From the human T2T-CHM13v2.0 reference genome, Homo sapiens, in assembly GCF_009914755.1 (NCBI RefSeq), contig NC_060947.1: DNA of 64,000 nt. The stretch is one strand, 5' to 3'. Numbering within the stretch: the stretch's first letter is position 1; each line of letters starts with the position of its first letter. Below are positions 1 through 33,976 of the stretch, piece by piece. The notes below the pieces were generated by a model that did not search any database, was not told the DNA's origin, and saw only the letters and a list, made by a program, of their open reading frames with translations. The position numbers and the translations under genes are program-made.

Positions 1-112
1 TTCCAGCCGGCTAAAAGCCTTTCTAAGCAATCCCCAAATTCAGAAGACATACAGTCACAGACTGATCAACATGACTGCCTAGACATTAGAAATTTCTAAA
101 TAGCAGAATGAA

Positions 113-413
113 TTTTTTTTCTTTTTTTTTGGAGACAGGGTTTTGCTGTTGTTGCCCAGGCTGGAATGCAGTGGCATGCTCACAGATCACTGCAGCCTCG
201 ACCTCCTGGGCTCAAGCGATCCTCCCACCTCAGCTTCCCTCGTAGCTGGAACTATAGGCACGCACCACCACGTCCAGCTAATTTTTGTATTTTTTGTAGA
301 GACAAGGTTTTGCCATGTTGCCCAGGCTAGTCTCAAATTCCCGAGCTTAAGCAATTCTCCTGCCTCAGCCTTCCAAGTGCTGGGGTTACAGGCATGAGCC
401 ACAGCACTTGGCC
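113..413 (-). mobile_element. Alu (old J/S type)
   Basis: Poly-T followed by reverse-complement Alu dimer. Confidence 0.9.
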
Positions 414-1030
414 AAAAATTATATTATGAAACATCAATATCAAAGTGAGAAAAGTATTAGAAATATACAAAACAATGGGCTAATTTCCTTTATACACTAA
501 AATTCTAACAAATCATTATGAAAAAGACCACAACCTAACATATAACTGAATGAATATAAAATAAATATATAACTTACCATGTATCCCTTTCATAGTCTTA
601 AAAACTAAAAAGGTTAATAATACTTAGTACAGTCAAGTATGTAGAAAAAACACCAAAGAAGTTATAAACTATTTACAGCATTTTTGGGAGGAATAATTGG
701 TTAATATATATCAAATTTTACATTGCAAATACCGTTTAACAAAGCAATGACCTTTCTAGGATTTTACCCTATACCTTTAACACATCAGTAAGAAGAGACA
801 GCCCAACAGTATGAATAAAATGCTCATAGCAACAGAAATGTTAGAGGCCTAGAAACACAAAAAGATTATAAGCCTCACTAAAAGTCACATATATGCTCAT
901 TAAATAATAAGATATTGTCTTTTATCCATAAGAGTCACTGCTGATGAAGAGTATTAGAAATTAAATACTCTCATATAAAGGCTGATTGATACATAATTTG
1001 GTTATACCTATTAAAGGTATTTGTTTCTTA

Positions 1031-1898
<868 letters not shown>

Positions 1899-1957
1899 TT
1901 AAATAAATTGCTCCATCTATACTCTGGAACTGTCATGATAAAAATTGACTCACACAG

Positions 1958-2427
<470 letters not shown>

Positions 2428-2758
2428 TCATTTGTTGGAATGCAACAGAAAGGGAGGAATGAAAATTGGCCCTGTTTTCCTGGCTTGAAAACTGGAAAAA
2501 GTAAATATCCTTTCAAATGGCATCATATTTTTTTCTTATAAATTGCCTGCCTTATCTTTTTGACTCCTTTCTACCACATTTTTTTGTTTTTTAATCATTG
2601 TTCATATTACATACATAAATCCTCTGTGTATTATATGCATTGCAGGTATTTTCTCTCAGCTTCAAATATGTCTTCTGACTCTACAGGTTTTAACATTTTA
2701 ATACAGTCTAATCTGACAATATTTCCCTTTATGATTTCTGGGTTTTCCATCTTCATTA

Positions 2759-3155
<397 letters not shown>

Positions 3156-3578
3156 CTAGAATTCACTTTTATATGATATAGAAGAGTCTTTGTTTCCATA
3201 CAGATACTCAACTGTGCCACCATCATTCAGTAACCACTTTTTCCACATAACTGAAATACCATTTTTATAATCTTGACTCACAGAATCCTATATAAGCAAT
3301 AAAAGAAATCTAGAAGTCACAAAAGATTGTGAAATTAGACCACATTAACAAAATGTAAGTGTCCACTCCCCAAAATTAATAAGACAAGTCAAAGCAAATG
3401 AAGTATGAAAAAATATTTGCAACATATATGATAGAGATCTTATTTACTTGAGTTAACATAAAGGGCTACCATCCAGCAATCAAATTAATTCCACACCCAA
3501 GAGAAAAGGAGGCAAATGACTAGAATAAATAATTGAAATAAGGAAGTACAAATGATGGTTAAAAAAAATGAAAAGAAG

Positions 3579-4172
<594 letters not shown>

Positions 4173-4570
4173 AATATGAAAAGACACTAATTTCAGGAAA
4201 TGTGAATTAAAATGCACCATTCTTATATGCTGCATCATGGCAAAAATCAAAGCATTGGATAATGCACTGTGATTGCCCACTTACGTGAAAAGGCATATAC
4301 TGCCGCTAGGAGTACACATCAGTATATTCTATTTGGAGGGCAAATTGACAGTTCTGAATCAAAATTCATGATGCACATGAATCTGACCTAGAAATCTCAC
4401 ATCTGACATACTCACATGCAGGCAACGGAATGTACTGTACATTGCTATGCTGTTTATAGCAGCAAAAGACTAGAAATGTCCTAAATGTTCATCACTAGGA
4501 GAAAGGTAAATGAATATTGGTGTTCCCATGCAATGAAATACCAAGCAGTTGCTTTTGCAAACAAGGTAGA

Positions 4571-4785
4571 CCACTGGTTTTAAACATTGGATAATTCTCT
4601 CCCCTAGGGGATATTTGGCAATGACTACAGATACTTTGGTTGCCAAAACTTGGGGAGGGATTCTACTGGCACCTAGTAGAGATAGAGGCCAGGGACCCTG
4701 CTACACATACAATGCACAAGAAAGCAGCCACAACAAATAATGATCAGAACCATAATGACAATAGTGCCGCAGTAAGAAACCCTAG
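4571..4785. mobile_element. MER20 (hAT-Charlie DNA transposon)
   Basis: ggggatatttggcaatg...tactggcacctagtag...gaggccagggaccctgcta...caatagtgcc...agaaaccct resembles MER20. Confidence 0.7.
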
Positions 4786-4930
4786 GGACAACTAAATACA
4801 AGTAAAGTGGAATGATCATGAAGACAAGACCAGAAGGACCAGAATGAGCTCTAATTTGTTAGAGAAAAAGCGTGTCAGAGTGAGAACTAGCACACACAGG
4901 AGTGAGCAGACAAAGAGATTCATACATCCT

Positions 4931-5231
<301 letters not shown>

Positions 5232-5685
5232 TCATACATCCAGACAGATAAGCATACATATTCTCTGAAAGACTGTACCAAAAAATGAAGGAATCTTGAG
5301 GATGGGAGAATTATTTTTTGCCTTTTCTTGAACAAAACTTTCATTTGAATTTTTACTATGTGTATGCATTACTTTTAAATGTTCAATTTTTTAATGCTCT
5401 ATTCAGAATACTTTTACATTTTGACATCCATGTTCTTAAGGGAAACTGGTCTATAATTTTCTTTTTTGTAGTATCCTCTTCAAATTTCAGGTTAAGTGGC
5501 TTCACAAAATGAACTGGGTACCTTTTCATCTTTAATAGCCTGGAAAAATGGAACGCAGAAATTATCTAGTCTTTACATTTAGTGAAAGGAGTAATTATGA
5601 AGGATTTCGGAGGGCAAATTTAAGTCTCACTACCTTTTAGTCAAAACCCGACTTCCAGGTATAACCTCCATAAACACTGGTACTA

Positions 5686-6363
<678 letters not shown>

Positions 6364-7040
6364 CTAAATATCTGTGAATAGAAAAATAGTTACATGATAC
6401 ATCCATACTATGAAATAGGAATTAAAACAATCTTTATATATTGACAAGGAACACCACCCAGGATATAATCAGGTTCAGAAAGCAAGATGGGTATGGGAAT
6501 ATGATGCCATTTGTGTAAAAGCATAAAAAAAATATATACGTGTACGTTTTTAGTTCATTAAACTGACATAAATGCATCTACCCCACAGTTTCACCCAACT
6601 GTTAACAGTGGACATCTCTAAGGAGGAACGTGGTACTGGGGGGAGAAGAAATAGAAACTTTATTGGCTACTAGTTTCTTCTATGTACATTAAAACATTAT
6701 ACACAAACTTATTCTCTTAAACACAGTAAAAAAGACCAAGCGATCTAGAAGTGAAGAAAGAGGAAAAAGCAAGGTGAATCTATGTATTTAAACAATTCTT
6801 CTCTGAGAAGAAGAAGAAAAGATGAGGTACAGTTTCTGGAAGAACAAGTAGAGAGAGGTATCTTTTTGTTTTTCCTCTCTCCTGGTGAGGGGAAGGATTA
6901 GAGAAACCAGAGGCTGAGGACAAGTTGAACAGAAAACAGCCAGAGAAGAGGGGATAATTGGTATTTTCAAGTTTATTATATAGATTCCAAACTTTGCCTC
7001 AATTTCACTGGAAAAAAAGTAGGGGTACATTAGAACTCAC

Positions 7041-7055
7041 CTGGGACATGGCCAT
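7041..7055 (-). CDS. ZNF674: ZNF674 first coding segment (MAMSQ) in a 44-nt exon (7041-7084); KRAB and zinc-finger exons lie beyond the left edge of the window
   Basis: Minus strand reads ...tatttgtag|ATCTCC...CAACAAG ATG GCC ATG TCC CAG|gtgagt: canonical AG acceptor, GTGAGT donor, A at -3. A short 5-codon start exon is typical of KRAB-ZNF genes, and MAMSQ matches the ZNF674 N-terminus as I recall it. Confidence 0.85.
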
Positions 7056-7414
7056 CTTGTTGTGCTCCTGCAAAGGATGGAGATCTACAAATACAGAATT
7101 AGAAGGGTTGAGTTCAGTGGGTATAGACATAAGATCATCATCACCACCCTAATAATAATTACCTTTGCACCCTGGGAAGAATCATCTAAAAATAAGGCCT
7201 GGTAGCTTCAGCCTATTCCATGGGACGCTACTAAGATCATGTGGGTTTTGCACATGAAACTTTGTCTCCCTTACTGGACAGATGTATGACTTGTGTCCAA
7301 AGCCATCTACATGTCAGAAACCAGTAACAACTTAACATCTCCTTTATCTCAAGAGTTCTATTCCTAGCACAAAGATGCAAAATGTTCACCATTGTCATTT
7401 CCACTATGAAAAAT

Positions 7415-8221
<807 letters not shown>

Positions 8222-9468
8222 TCAAACAGCATTTATTCAAATGCTGACATTGGTTACATTGTTCGGTGATTTTAATTTTCTTGTTTATTTGCATTTTTGA
8301 CAAGGAATATTAATTACTAATGAAACAAAAATTAAAATTTATTAAAAAATCACTTCTTATCAAACAGAGCCCTAGAGGTGAAAAGACACTCTCCAAGTGT
8401 GTATGAGTAAGATCTCTTCATGTGGTTTGGAGGAAGGAGCCCAACCAGGGCTCAAAGGGCCGCAGGGAAGGAGAGGTGTGGGGCTGGGTGGGTAACAGCC
8501 AAGCACTGTCAGTTCTGTGAGGGGCTGAAAACCACTGTGCCTGCTTCCCTGCATCCACCTCTCTAACTGGCCACCTACCCTGCTCCCACCCCACCACTTC
8601 CTCCTTTCCCATGATTTGCATTTTGATTGCCATGCTCCTCCTTCTTTGGCAGATTTTCAAAAGAAAGTTCCAGCAAGGAGATTCTGTGCAGAGTAACCAT
8701 TTCATACTGCAGCAATCACTGTGATACCATCAGGACAACAGGGTTCAGCTCCGTGTAGCTTAGCAGGTCATGTCCCCTGGCCCACTTTCATTAAGCATTG
8801 AAATAAGGCAGCAGAGCTGGATGACAGCATACCTAGAGACTACTCTGAAATTCTATAAACTAAAAATATATTTTCTGCACTTTGGTCAGGATGAACGGAC
8901 ACTCAGCATTTCCCCTGGAAGCAGGTGCCTGGTTGATGGTGTGGGGCTGACTCAAATTCAGAAATAGCCAATGGCAAGAGAAGGAAGCATGGGGGTGCAC
9001 AAATAGGTGTGCTAGGAGAGGCCAATCCTCTGTGGCTGGCTGTGATCCTTCCCAGCCTCATCCCGCCTTTGCAGGTACTACAGCAGGGCACCTGCCCCCA
9101 TGGGGGACATCCATGCCTCCATCCACCTGTGACTTTCACCTGTCCCTCCTCCAGCAGGAATCAAACTGCACTGTCACATGGTCCTCCATGGCACCTGGAA
9201 GTAGAGCCAGCTTTGCTCTGTCTCAGCTGAAGTGAGGGACAAAGGCCACTACGGGTCCAGCTCTTCTAGGACCTGCTGTCCCGTGAGCCTCCTTTGCTCT
9301 GAGGATCTGGGTCTGGGCTCTTGCTGAGGCTTCTCCTCCAACTCGCCTCAGCTCAGCGTACCTCTCTTGTGTCCAAGGCGGCAGGACCAAGGGATTCAGA
9401 GACAAACACACCCCAGTTGGGGCCATCACTATAGCACTAGATCTCTGCCTGTGACCCAGGGAACTCAC

Positions 9469-9579
9469 CTCTTCCTGGGGCCTCAGCCTAAGTCTTCTGC
9501 GACTAAGTGGGGAAGCCGAGGCACAGATAAACTGGAGTCTGAAATCGGTGAGCAGTGGTCTCAGGTCTGCACTCTGACC
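9469..9579 (-). other. ZNF674: ZNF674 non-coding 5'-UTR exon 2 (111 nt)
   Basis: Minus strand tgtgtttccag|GGTCAGAG ... GGAAGAG|gtgagttc; canonical splice sites in unique sequence between the promoter and the ATG exon. Confidence 0.65.
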
Positions 9580-10338
9580 CTGGAAACACAATGACCACAG
9601 GAGATTCAATTAGCAACACCTATGCTCCCTTCCATGCAGTGAAGTTGAGTGAAACCCAAAGGTTTTTACCCAACAGAAGAGGGACAACCCCTCATTCTAG
9701 TTTTAAGAGTTAACATTCATGCACAGCTCAATTATCCTCAGTGAGCGAAACCCTGCCTTCCTGAGTCCGGGCTTTGGAATCAACTGACTGGCTGCTGTGC
9801 CACTTTTATTCACTGAAGAAATGATTGCCTTCCATGAGCCGGTTCTCCGTGTTGCAAATCCATCAGTGAACAAAATCTCAAATTCCCAGCTCCAGATTTC
9901 TAGTCTGGAGGAAGAGACACACTGGAAACAATAAACATGATAAACAAAGTACAGGAAAAGAAAAAGAAAAAGGATTCCTCGGGTTTGCTACCTACGGGAC
10001 TTTGGACAGGTTGCCAAGCCACACTGTACCGTTTTCTCTCTATAACATGAAAATAATCATCGTAACACCTCACAGGGCTCCTGCTAATGTGAAACATTTG
10101 CAAGAGTGTCTGGCAGTTACCACCGGGTGAGGATACAAGCGCTGAGTGACTCAATCAATTAGTCACTCGCTGGCCCCGAACCTCGCCCCCAACACTCACG
10201 CCCACCGCCTGTGTCACTCAATCCCCACAAGGACGCTCACCCGTGGCCCCATGACCCCACGGCCCCGTAAACTCCCGTCATTCCTCCCGTCCCCCCTTCC
10301 CCCGATCAAAACCATCACCACCTCACCCTCCCGCTTAC

Positions 10339-10420
10339 TTCACTGCCGACAGCCTGAAACCTCAGGGGCGGATGACAACAGCCAGTGTGAACGAAGCGCC
10401 ACCCTCCGGGTCAGCCGAGC
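10339..10420 (-). other. ZNF674: ZNF674 non-coding exon 1 (TSS approximate)
   Basis: Minus-strand donor GGCAGTGAA|gtaagcgg at 10339/10338 inside the CpG island, facing away from the NRF1/GC-box core. Confidence 0.65.
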
Positions 10421-10479
10421 ATTTCCGCTTCCCACAGCCCCCTGGGAACGTGCAGTCAAAGCAATGCGCACGCGCAGTG

Positions 10480-13205
<2,726 letters not shown>

Positions 13206-13519
13206 TTTTTGCTTCTTAAATATGTAAGAATTGTCCTCAAAATCTCTATTCTTGAGCACAGTAGTAAAAATATTTTTACATACATTGTATTTCAAGGGTT
13301 CTGCATAAGCAACCTTGTTTTATTGTGACAATTTATTTGGGAATTGTATCAAATATATAATACTGAGATGTTCTCATTCCTTTTGTGAAAATACTTTTGT
13401 TTAAAAACCACTGCCTTCAAATGAAAACCACTAGGTTTGTTATGCTTGCCTCATCTTTTCTCGGTGTTTTTCTTTCATTTTTTAAAAATACATGTCTTTC
13501 TTTTTTATACCTAAAACAG

Positions 13520-14120
<601 letters not shown>

Positions 14121-14428
14121 GCATACTATCTTCCAGGTTCCTTTTTCCCTCTGTGTCTCAAGTCCACCTTTGCATTGTCACTTTCTTTTCTGAAATGAAA
14201 ATGGTATTGTGGCTATTACCTAGCTAGATACCAACTATGGGCTTTGTAGTATCTGGATTAGCTGTAATGTACATGTGAATGATGACTAGTAAAATATATA
14301 TAGTAGGAAAAATGATGCAATTCAAAAAGCAAGAACACAAGTATAAATAAGCCTAAGAAGGTTGGACATCATCTATATAAAGGAAAATAAACTGTACTCC
14401 TTAGTGAAGACTTAATACTGTAAAACCT

Positions 14429-14718
<290 letters not shown>

Positions 14719-14993
14719 CCGAAATTGTCCCTAAGCCTAATTGATAGATTTAAGGCAATTTAACCAATATGCTAAATGGGATCAGGGGCCTATAGTACAA
14801 TTATACTTCATTTTAATTGGCAGAAAAAATATATGAACAACTAAGAGTATTTGGTGGATAGAGGTAACATGGGAAGACTCATCTTACAAGATATTAGAGG
14901 GCATTATAAACTAAAGTAAATAATGTGGCATAGAGCAGAATTAGATCACTGAAACAAAAAAATCCAGAATCAGAATATATGGAATGTGGAGTC

Positions 14994-17154
<2,161 letters not shown>

Positions 17155-17226
17155 TGCCATAGGAAATCAAAAGACAAGTTATAGACTGGGAAGAATATTT
17201 GCAACACTTAAGAAGAGAGGTGATAT

Positions 17227-19523
<2,297 letters not shown>

Positions 19524-19639
19524 ATGTCTCTAATAAAAAAATATCCCCACAAACTGCTATTTGTAAAATATGTAAAAGTGTTTATGTAAAAGTGTACGTA
19601 TGTAAAAGTGAACATATGAATAGAAAATGGAAAAGGAGT

Positions 19640-21990
<2,351 letters not shown>

Positions 21991-22249
21991 TAGGAGATGT
22001 TTTAATGCAGCTGTGTACAAGGTGGAAACCTAGAAAATGAATCATTAATTCTGTTGAATGAACTTTATATGTGAGCTTCAAATTTAAGTGAGATATGACA
22101 GACTGAAATGTGAACAAAAGGTATTTTAGGCAGATGGAACAACTTGAGCTCAGATATAGAAGCATCAAACTGTTCAGCATTTTTGTGAAACCCAGAAAAT
22201 TCTGACTAGAACTCACAGTATTAAACAGTCAGTGTGCCAACAGAATTGG

Positions 22250-23350
<1,101 letters not shown>

Positions 23351-23590
23351 AAGTACAAAAGATGGTGAGAAACTCCTCTCACAGCACAACTTGTATACTC
23401 ATGGGAGATGGAGTGGTATACAGTGATATCCTAACAATCTCTCTAGAGTAATCCTTGCCCCACTTTGACCAGAGCTTGGAAGCCTGTCCAGTCTTCACAT
23501 TAGAAAGTCAACATTTTAAGAATGTGAAGAAGTAAGAGTGTTATAAAAGATGCCTGACCTACACCATGTAATTAATTTTCCTTTTTGTTA

Positions 23591-23912
<322 letters not shown>

Positions 23913-24194
23913 TACTAAAACTAAGTTCTATTACAATTTATGTTTTACTTCTCATAAAATAAATTATACATATTATCACAAGGAAGAAAAATGTGTAAAA
24001 TTAGAAAAAATTCCTGTGAGAAGCCACTCTTTGCCCAGAAAATATGTTTGTTTATTGATTTATGTTTTTATTAGAAAACTCAAAAGGACCTGGTAAGTGT
24101 TCTGCCACTGGATTTCAACAGGAAATCACCATTTCTGCCCTCTGGGAGGTAGTAAAAAAGATTGGAATACCTCCTCTTTTGAAGAGGTCAGGAA

Positions 24195-24870
24195 GTGTGG
24201 TAGATGCTGTCCAGATTCTCCTTCTGGAATAAAGGAAGTATTCTCCAGCTGCTGGGAGCGGTGCCCACAGAAAACCCTCAGCTGTCAGCAACTTCAGTGA
24301 TTGCCTTGGCTAAAAAGAGCTGCCTCACCCAAAGTTGCATCCTTCTAGGGGTCAGCCTGCATCTAATAGCTGAAAAACAGGGGGCCCAGCCCTCTCCCCT
24401 CAACAAGCGACAACTCCGAATAACCACCTCATCTTCAAAGATCACCATGTGGTAGACCAAGAGAGACAATGTTGGGCTTGTGCTGCCACCTGACTTGCCC
24501 CTCTGCCCAATCCTACATCCTTCCCTTCCCTTCAATAGATGTTGATCTCAAGGGCCCTCTCTAATAAATCTCCTGGGTGCAGAGTTTGAAACCAGCCTAG
24601 CCAACATGGTGAAACCTCATCTCTACTAAAAATACAAAAATTAGCCAGGTGTGGTGGTGGGTGCCTATAATCCCAGCTACTTGGGAGGCTGAGGCAGGAG
24701 AATCACTCAAGCCTGGGAGGCGGAGGTTTCAGTGAACAGAGATCGTGCCATTGCACTCTAGCCTGGGTGACAGAGCGAGACTCCATCTCAAAAAAAAAAC
24801 AAAACAAAAAGATATCCTGGGTGCTAATCTCCAACTCAGAGTCTGCTTCCCAGAGAACTCAACCTATAAT
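24195..24870 (+). mobile_element. LTR16-like ERVL LTR with a 5'-truncated AluS (24581-24810)
   Basis: aataaa...ctcagagtctgcttcccagagaactcaacct 3' end; Alu TSD at(c/a)tcctgggtgc. Confidence 0.6.
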
Positions 24871-25830
24871 GTGAGTGAAATCACAGGGCTTGGACAAGGC
24901 TTGCAGGCAAACCCTATATCCATCCACCTTTTCATCCATTAGAGCTCAGAAGCTCAAGGCAGCTTGGGCATTGGAAGTAGAGCCATGAATACCTGGGGTT
25001 TATTTTATTTTATTTTAAAATGTATCTTTCAGTAAATTTCATTCTTTTTGGTGTATAGTTCTACGAATTTTGACAAACTCACCAAGCCATGTAACTACTA
25101 CCACAGTCACGATGCAGAAGAATTCTAATTCCCCCCAAAGAACTACCTAATGCTGTCCTGTTATGGTTGATTCCTCTACTCTGTGCTTAATCCCTGGAAA
25201 GACTAATCTGTTCTCTGTCAATATACTTATGCATATTCCAGAATGTCATATAAATGGAATAATACAGAATGTAGACTTTTGAGCCGGCTTCTTTCTCACA
25301 GAATAATGTATTTGAGATTCAGCCACACGTGTCATTGTGTGTATCAATAGTCTGTTCCTTTTTATTGCTGAGTAGCGTTCCATTGTATGGTTGATCACAA
25401 TTTGTTTCTCCATTCACCAGTTGCTTCCAGTTTTTAGCAATTACGACTGAAGCTGCTATCAACATTTGCATATAGGATTTTGTGTGAACATAAGTTTTCA
25501 TTTCTTTTAAGGAAATATGTAGGCATGGAATTGGTGGAACATGTGGTAAATATATTTTTAACTTTATTTTAAAAACCTGCCAAACTGTTTTTCCAAAGTG
25601 GCTGAACCATTTTTGCATTCCCACTAGCAATGTATGAATGTTCCAGTTGTTCTACAGCCTGGCCAGCAATTGGTATTGTCAGTTTTTTTAAGCCATTGTA
25701 ATAGGTGCATCAGTGGTATTTCATTATGGCTTTAATTTGCATTTTACTGTTGATGTTCAGCAGCTTGTTCATTTCCTTATAGACATCTGCATATCTTCTT
25801 TGGTGAAATGGCTGTTCAAATATTTTGCCC

Positions 25831-27726
<1,896 letters not shown>

Positions 27727-27899
27727 TATTGCCCATTTTTATATTGGATTGTTTGTTTCCTCATTGTTTGGAGAGCTCTTTGTATATTCTGGATACAAGT
27801 CCTTTGTTAGATATGTTATTTATAAATAGTTTCTCCCAGTATATTGTTTTTTCATCCTCTTAGCATCTTTTGCAGAGCAACAGCTCATAATTTTCATGA

Positions 27900-28361
<462 letters not shown>

Positions 28362-28858
28362 TGAATTTTTGTAAAAAGTATGGGTAAATTTCTGCACTCT
28401 CTATTCTATTACATTGACCTACGTATCCATCCTTGCATCAATACCACACTGTCTTGAGTACTGTGGCTTTATAGTAAGTCTCAAAATTAAGTAGCATGAA
28501 TCTTCCAATTTTGTTCTTATTTTTAAAAAATGTTTTGAATATTCTAATTTCTTTGCCTCTCCATGTAAATTTTAGAGTCACCATGCTGATATCTATAAAG
28601 AATCCTGCTGGGATTTGGACTGGAATTGTGTTGAATCTATAGATAAATTTTTAGAGTATTGACATCTTCACAATATTGAGTCTTCCAATCCATGAACACA
28701 GTTCTCCATACATTTCTAAATCTCCATATATTTAGCTCTCTTTTATTTCCTTCATCATTGTTTTGTAGTTTTCAGCACATAGATCTAGGACATATTTGTG
28801 AAATGTACACCTAAATATTTCATTTTTCTGGTTTTATTTTATTTTATTTTATTTTTAG

Positions 28859-29147
<289 letters not shown>

Positions 29148-29523
29148 TTATTGTAAATAGTACTTGTGCGGAGAAGAATGATGGCCCCTAAAGATATCCA
29201 TGTCCTGATCCTTGGAACCTCTGTTTATGTTCTCTTACATAAATGGTGGCTCTCACAGATAGGTCAAGTCAATATCATGAAGATGTCAATTCTCCTTCCT
29301 ATGTTATGTTATAAACTTACCAACTTTCAGTAAGAATACCAATAAGCTTTTATTCTGGACCTAAACAAGTTGATACTAAAGTTCATATGAAAAAATAAAT
29401 ATGCAAGAATAGCTACATGGTCTAAGTTTCTTGAACCCATCATGTTCCATTTCCACCTCATTCAGTCAGGTCCTTCTCCACCTTCAGATCTCTGCTCAAG
29501 CATCCCCTGTGGGAAGTCTTTAC

Positions 29524-30116
<593 letters not shown>

Positions 30117-30237
30117 TGATACATATTTTTGAATAAATATTTGAATACATAAGAAAAAGTCTGGTCTCTAGGTCCATTGTTTTGAAAGTAGTAAAGATGT
30201 GATTTTAGCACCCCTATTTATAATGTTGGAAACCTCA

Positions 30238-30672
<435 letters not shown>

Positions 30673-30944
30673 TCAGTCTAAAATGCTAGTCTTATTTTTT
30701 TCTCAGCCAAGCAGGCAGATTCTGCCTTCCCAATCTCTATTCATCTTTTTCTTTCCAACTGCCATCTATTTCAAATTCTCTGCTCTTTCATTCTGTCCCA
30801 ATAGGTCTTCCTCTCTCAATCCCAATCTATGGGATCCCAGCAAGACTATTTTTGGAAAGTCATTTCTGCTAACGTTACTTACTCCCTCAATACAAATCAT
30901 CAGTAGTTTGCTATCAAAGCTCAAATGTAAAGTGCTTCTTCCCA

Positions 30945-31850
30945 GCAGTCAATCAGACAACAAATGCTTGTTGAGCACCTACTATGTGCTTGACACCATG
31001 ATAAGGTCTGGCATTCAAGACCTCTAACAACATAATTTTCAAACCTTAATGATTTGCATCATTATCCAAAGACCAATTGGAAGCCAAGACAGATTCTGAG
31101 CAGAGAAATGGCATTGACCGAAATCTATCACTGATTAAAAATTAGGCCGGGTGCAGTGGCTCATGCCTTTAATCTCAGCACTTTGGAAGGTCGAAACAGG
31201 CAGACCGCTTGAGCCCAGGAGTTCAAGACCAGCCTGGGCCACATGGTGAAATCTTGTCTCTACAAAAAAAGTAGCCAGGCGTGGTGGTGTGCGCCTGTAA
31301 TCCCAGCTACTCGGGAGGCTGAGGAGAGAGGATCACTTGAGCCTGAGAGGCAGAGGTTTCAGTGAGCTGAGATCACACCACTGCGCTCCATGCTTGGCGA
31401 CAGAGTGAGTCACAGTCTCAAAAAAAAAAAAAAAAATTAAAAGAGGGCAAAATAGAAACAGAGACTGGCTAGGCAGTTTCTACAGTGCTCTAGGGGACAG
31501 TTGGTCCTCTGAGCTAGGGTAGTAGCAATGGCAATGAAGATAAGTGAATGATTTGAAAGGACATTTAGGAGGTAAAACCCACCTGACTTGATGATAGATT
31601 GGATTGAAGAAGAGGGACTGAGGAAGAGGGAGATACCCAGAATGGCTCCTAAGTTTCTGACTGCATAATAGAATAGATAGTTTTATCATTCACATATTAA
31701 AATTGATATGCCATTGAGGCAACCAAGAGGGAATGTCAAGTGGGCAACTGGATTTCTAGGTGTGGAGCCCCAAGGAGAGGCTGGGGCTGGAAATGTCAAT
31801 TTGGAGTCATTGAAGAGATCATAAAGTGAAAAGGAAGAGGGCCTGGGGAA
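30945..31850. mobile_element. L2 fragments with an Alu (+, 31145-31436)
   Basis: caaatgcttgttgagcacctactatgtgc (L2 3' end) and L2-like purine-rich core. Confidence 0.6.
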
Positions 31851-31927
31851 TCAGCTTCCCACAGCAGCAACAATGTACCGACTCATAAGACTTAAAGCTT
31901 ACTCTATGGGATACACTGTTCTGGGAT

Positions 31928-31929
<2 letters not shown>

Positions 31930-31968
<39 letters not shown>
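31930..31968. repeat. (CA)n microsatellite
   Basis: Direct observation. Confidence 0.95.
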
Positions 31969-31969
<1 letters not shown>

Positions 31970-31974
31970 ACACC

Positions 31975-32285
31975 CAGTTGTGCATTGTTTAATGATGGGG
32001 ATGCATTCCAAGGAATGCGTTGTTAGGCGATTTCATCATTGTGCAAACATCATAAAGTGTACTTACATAAACCTAGATGGGATAGCCTATTACACACCTA
32101 GGCTATATGTACAGCATGTTACTGTACTGAATACTGTAGACAGTTGTAACATGAGATCATATTTGCGCATCTAAACATATCATCTAATCATAGAAAAGGT
32201 ACAATAAAAATAAGGTATTAGAATCTTATGGGACCTCCCTTGTATATGCAGCTCATCATTGACAAAACATCAGGTGGCACATGAC

Positions 32286-32287
<2 letters not shown>
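31975..32287. mobile_element. Tigger3a/MER7A-like DNA transposon MITE
   Basis: cagttgtgc...gcacatgactg terminal inverted repeats; internal tgcgttgttaggcgatttcatcattgtg, aacctagatgg. Confidence 0.75.

Positions 32288-32288
<1 letters not shown>

Positions 32289-32335
<47 letters not shown>
32289..32335. repeat. (TA)n microsatellite
   Basis: Direct observation. Confidence 0.95.
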
Positions 32336-32339
<4 letters not shown>

Positions 32340-33037
32340 AATTCTTACAACAACCCTGCAGGATAGGGGAGGATAGGTACTATTAGAACTAATGTTTGAT
32401 AAATGAGGCACAGAGAGGTTCACTTACTTGCCCAAGGCCATAGAGCTGAAGTGGTGGAGCTGGCCTATGAACTTGGGTGGCCTCACTCCAAAGGATAAAG
32501 GATATCAACTTGGGTGGCCTGACTCCAAAGGTCAATCTCTCAAATGCTATGCTCTGAAGGTGTAGCTATGAACTAGGAGAACAGTTCACATGTGATGTCA
32601 TAGAAGTTGGCAGAAGAGATGATTTGAAGGTGGGAACTGTCAACAGTGTTAAATGTTATTGATACATATGTACACTTACAATGTGTCAGTTAAAAATGTT
32701 ATTGAAAGGTCAAGTAAGGTGAGCCATGAAAGTGTCCTGGATTCAGTAACATGGCACCAGGCATGGTGGCTCACATTTGTTATCCCAGCACTTTGAGAGG
32801 CCAACATAGGAGGACTGCTTGAGCCCAGGAATTGGAGACCAGTCTGGAATACATAGGAAGACTCCGTATCTACACAAATTAAAAATAAAAAAGTTAGCTG
32901 GGAGTGGTGGTGTGAATCTGTGATCCTAGCTAAACTCAAAAAAAAAAAAAAAACCATGGAAGCCATTGATAAGCTTAGAAAGAACTGATGATGTGGCAAT
33001 ATGGGGGCAGAACTCAGATTGGAGTGTGCTGAGGAAT

Positions 33038-33976
<939 letters not shown>

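Noticed and set aside
10144-10168. Small inverted repeat gagtgact...agtcactc overlapping an AP-1-like TGACTCA
   Set aside because: An 8-bp stem is within chance expectation for 64 kb.
32470-32531. 25-bp repeat aacttgggtggcct(c/g)actccaaagg twice with a 12-nt spacer (superficially CRISPR-like)
   Set aside because: Only two units, inside a MIR-like element in a mammalian genome; a simple local duplication.
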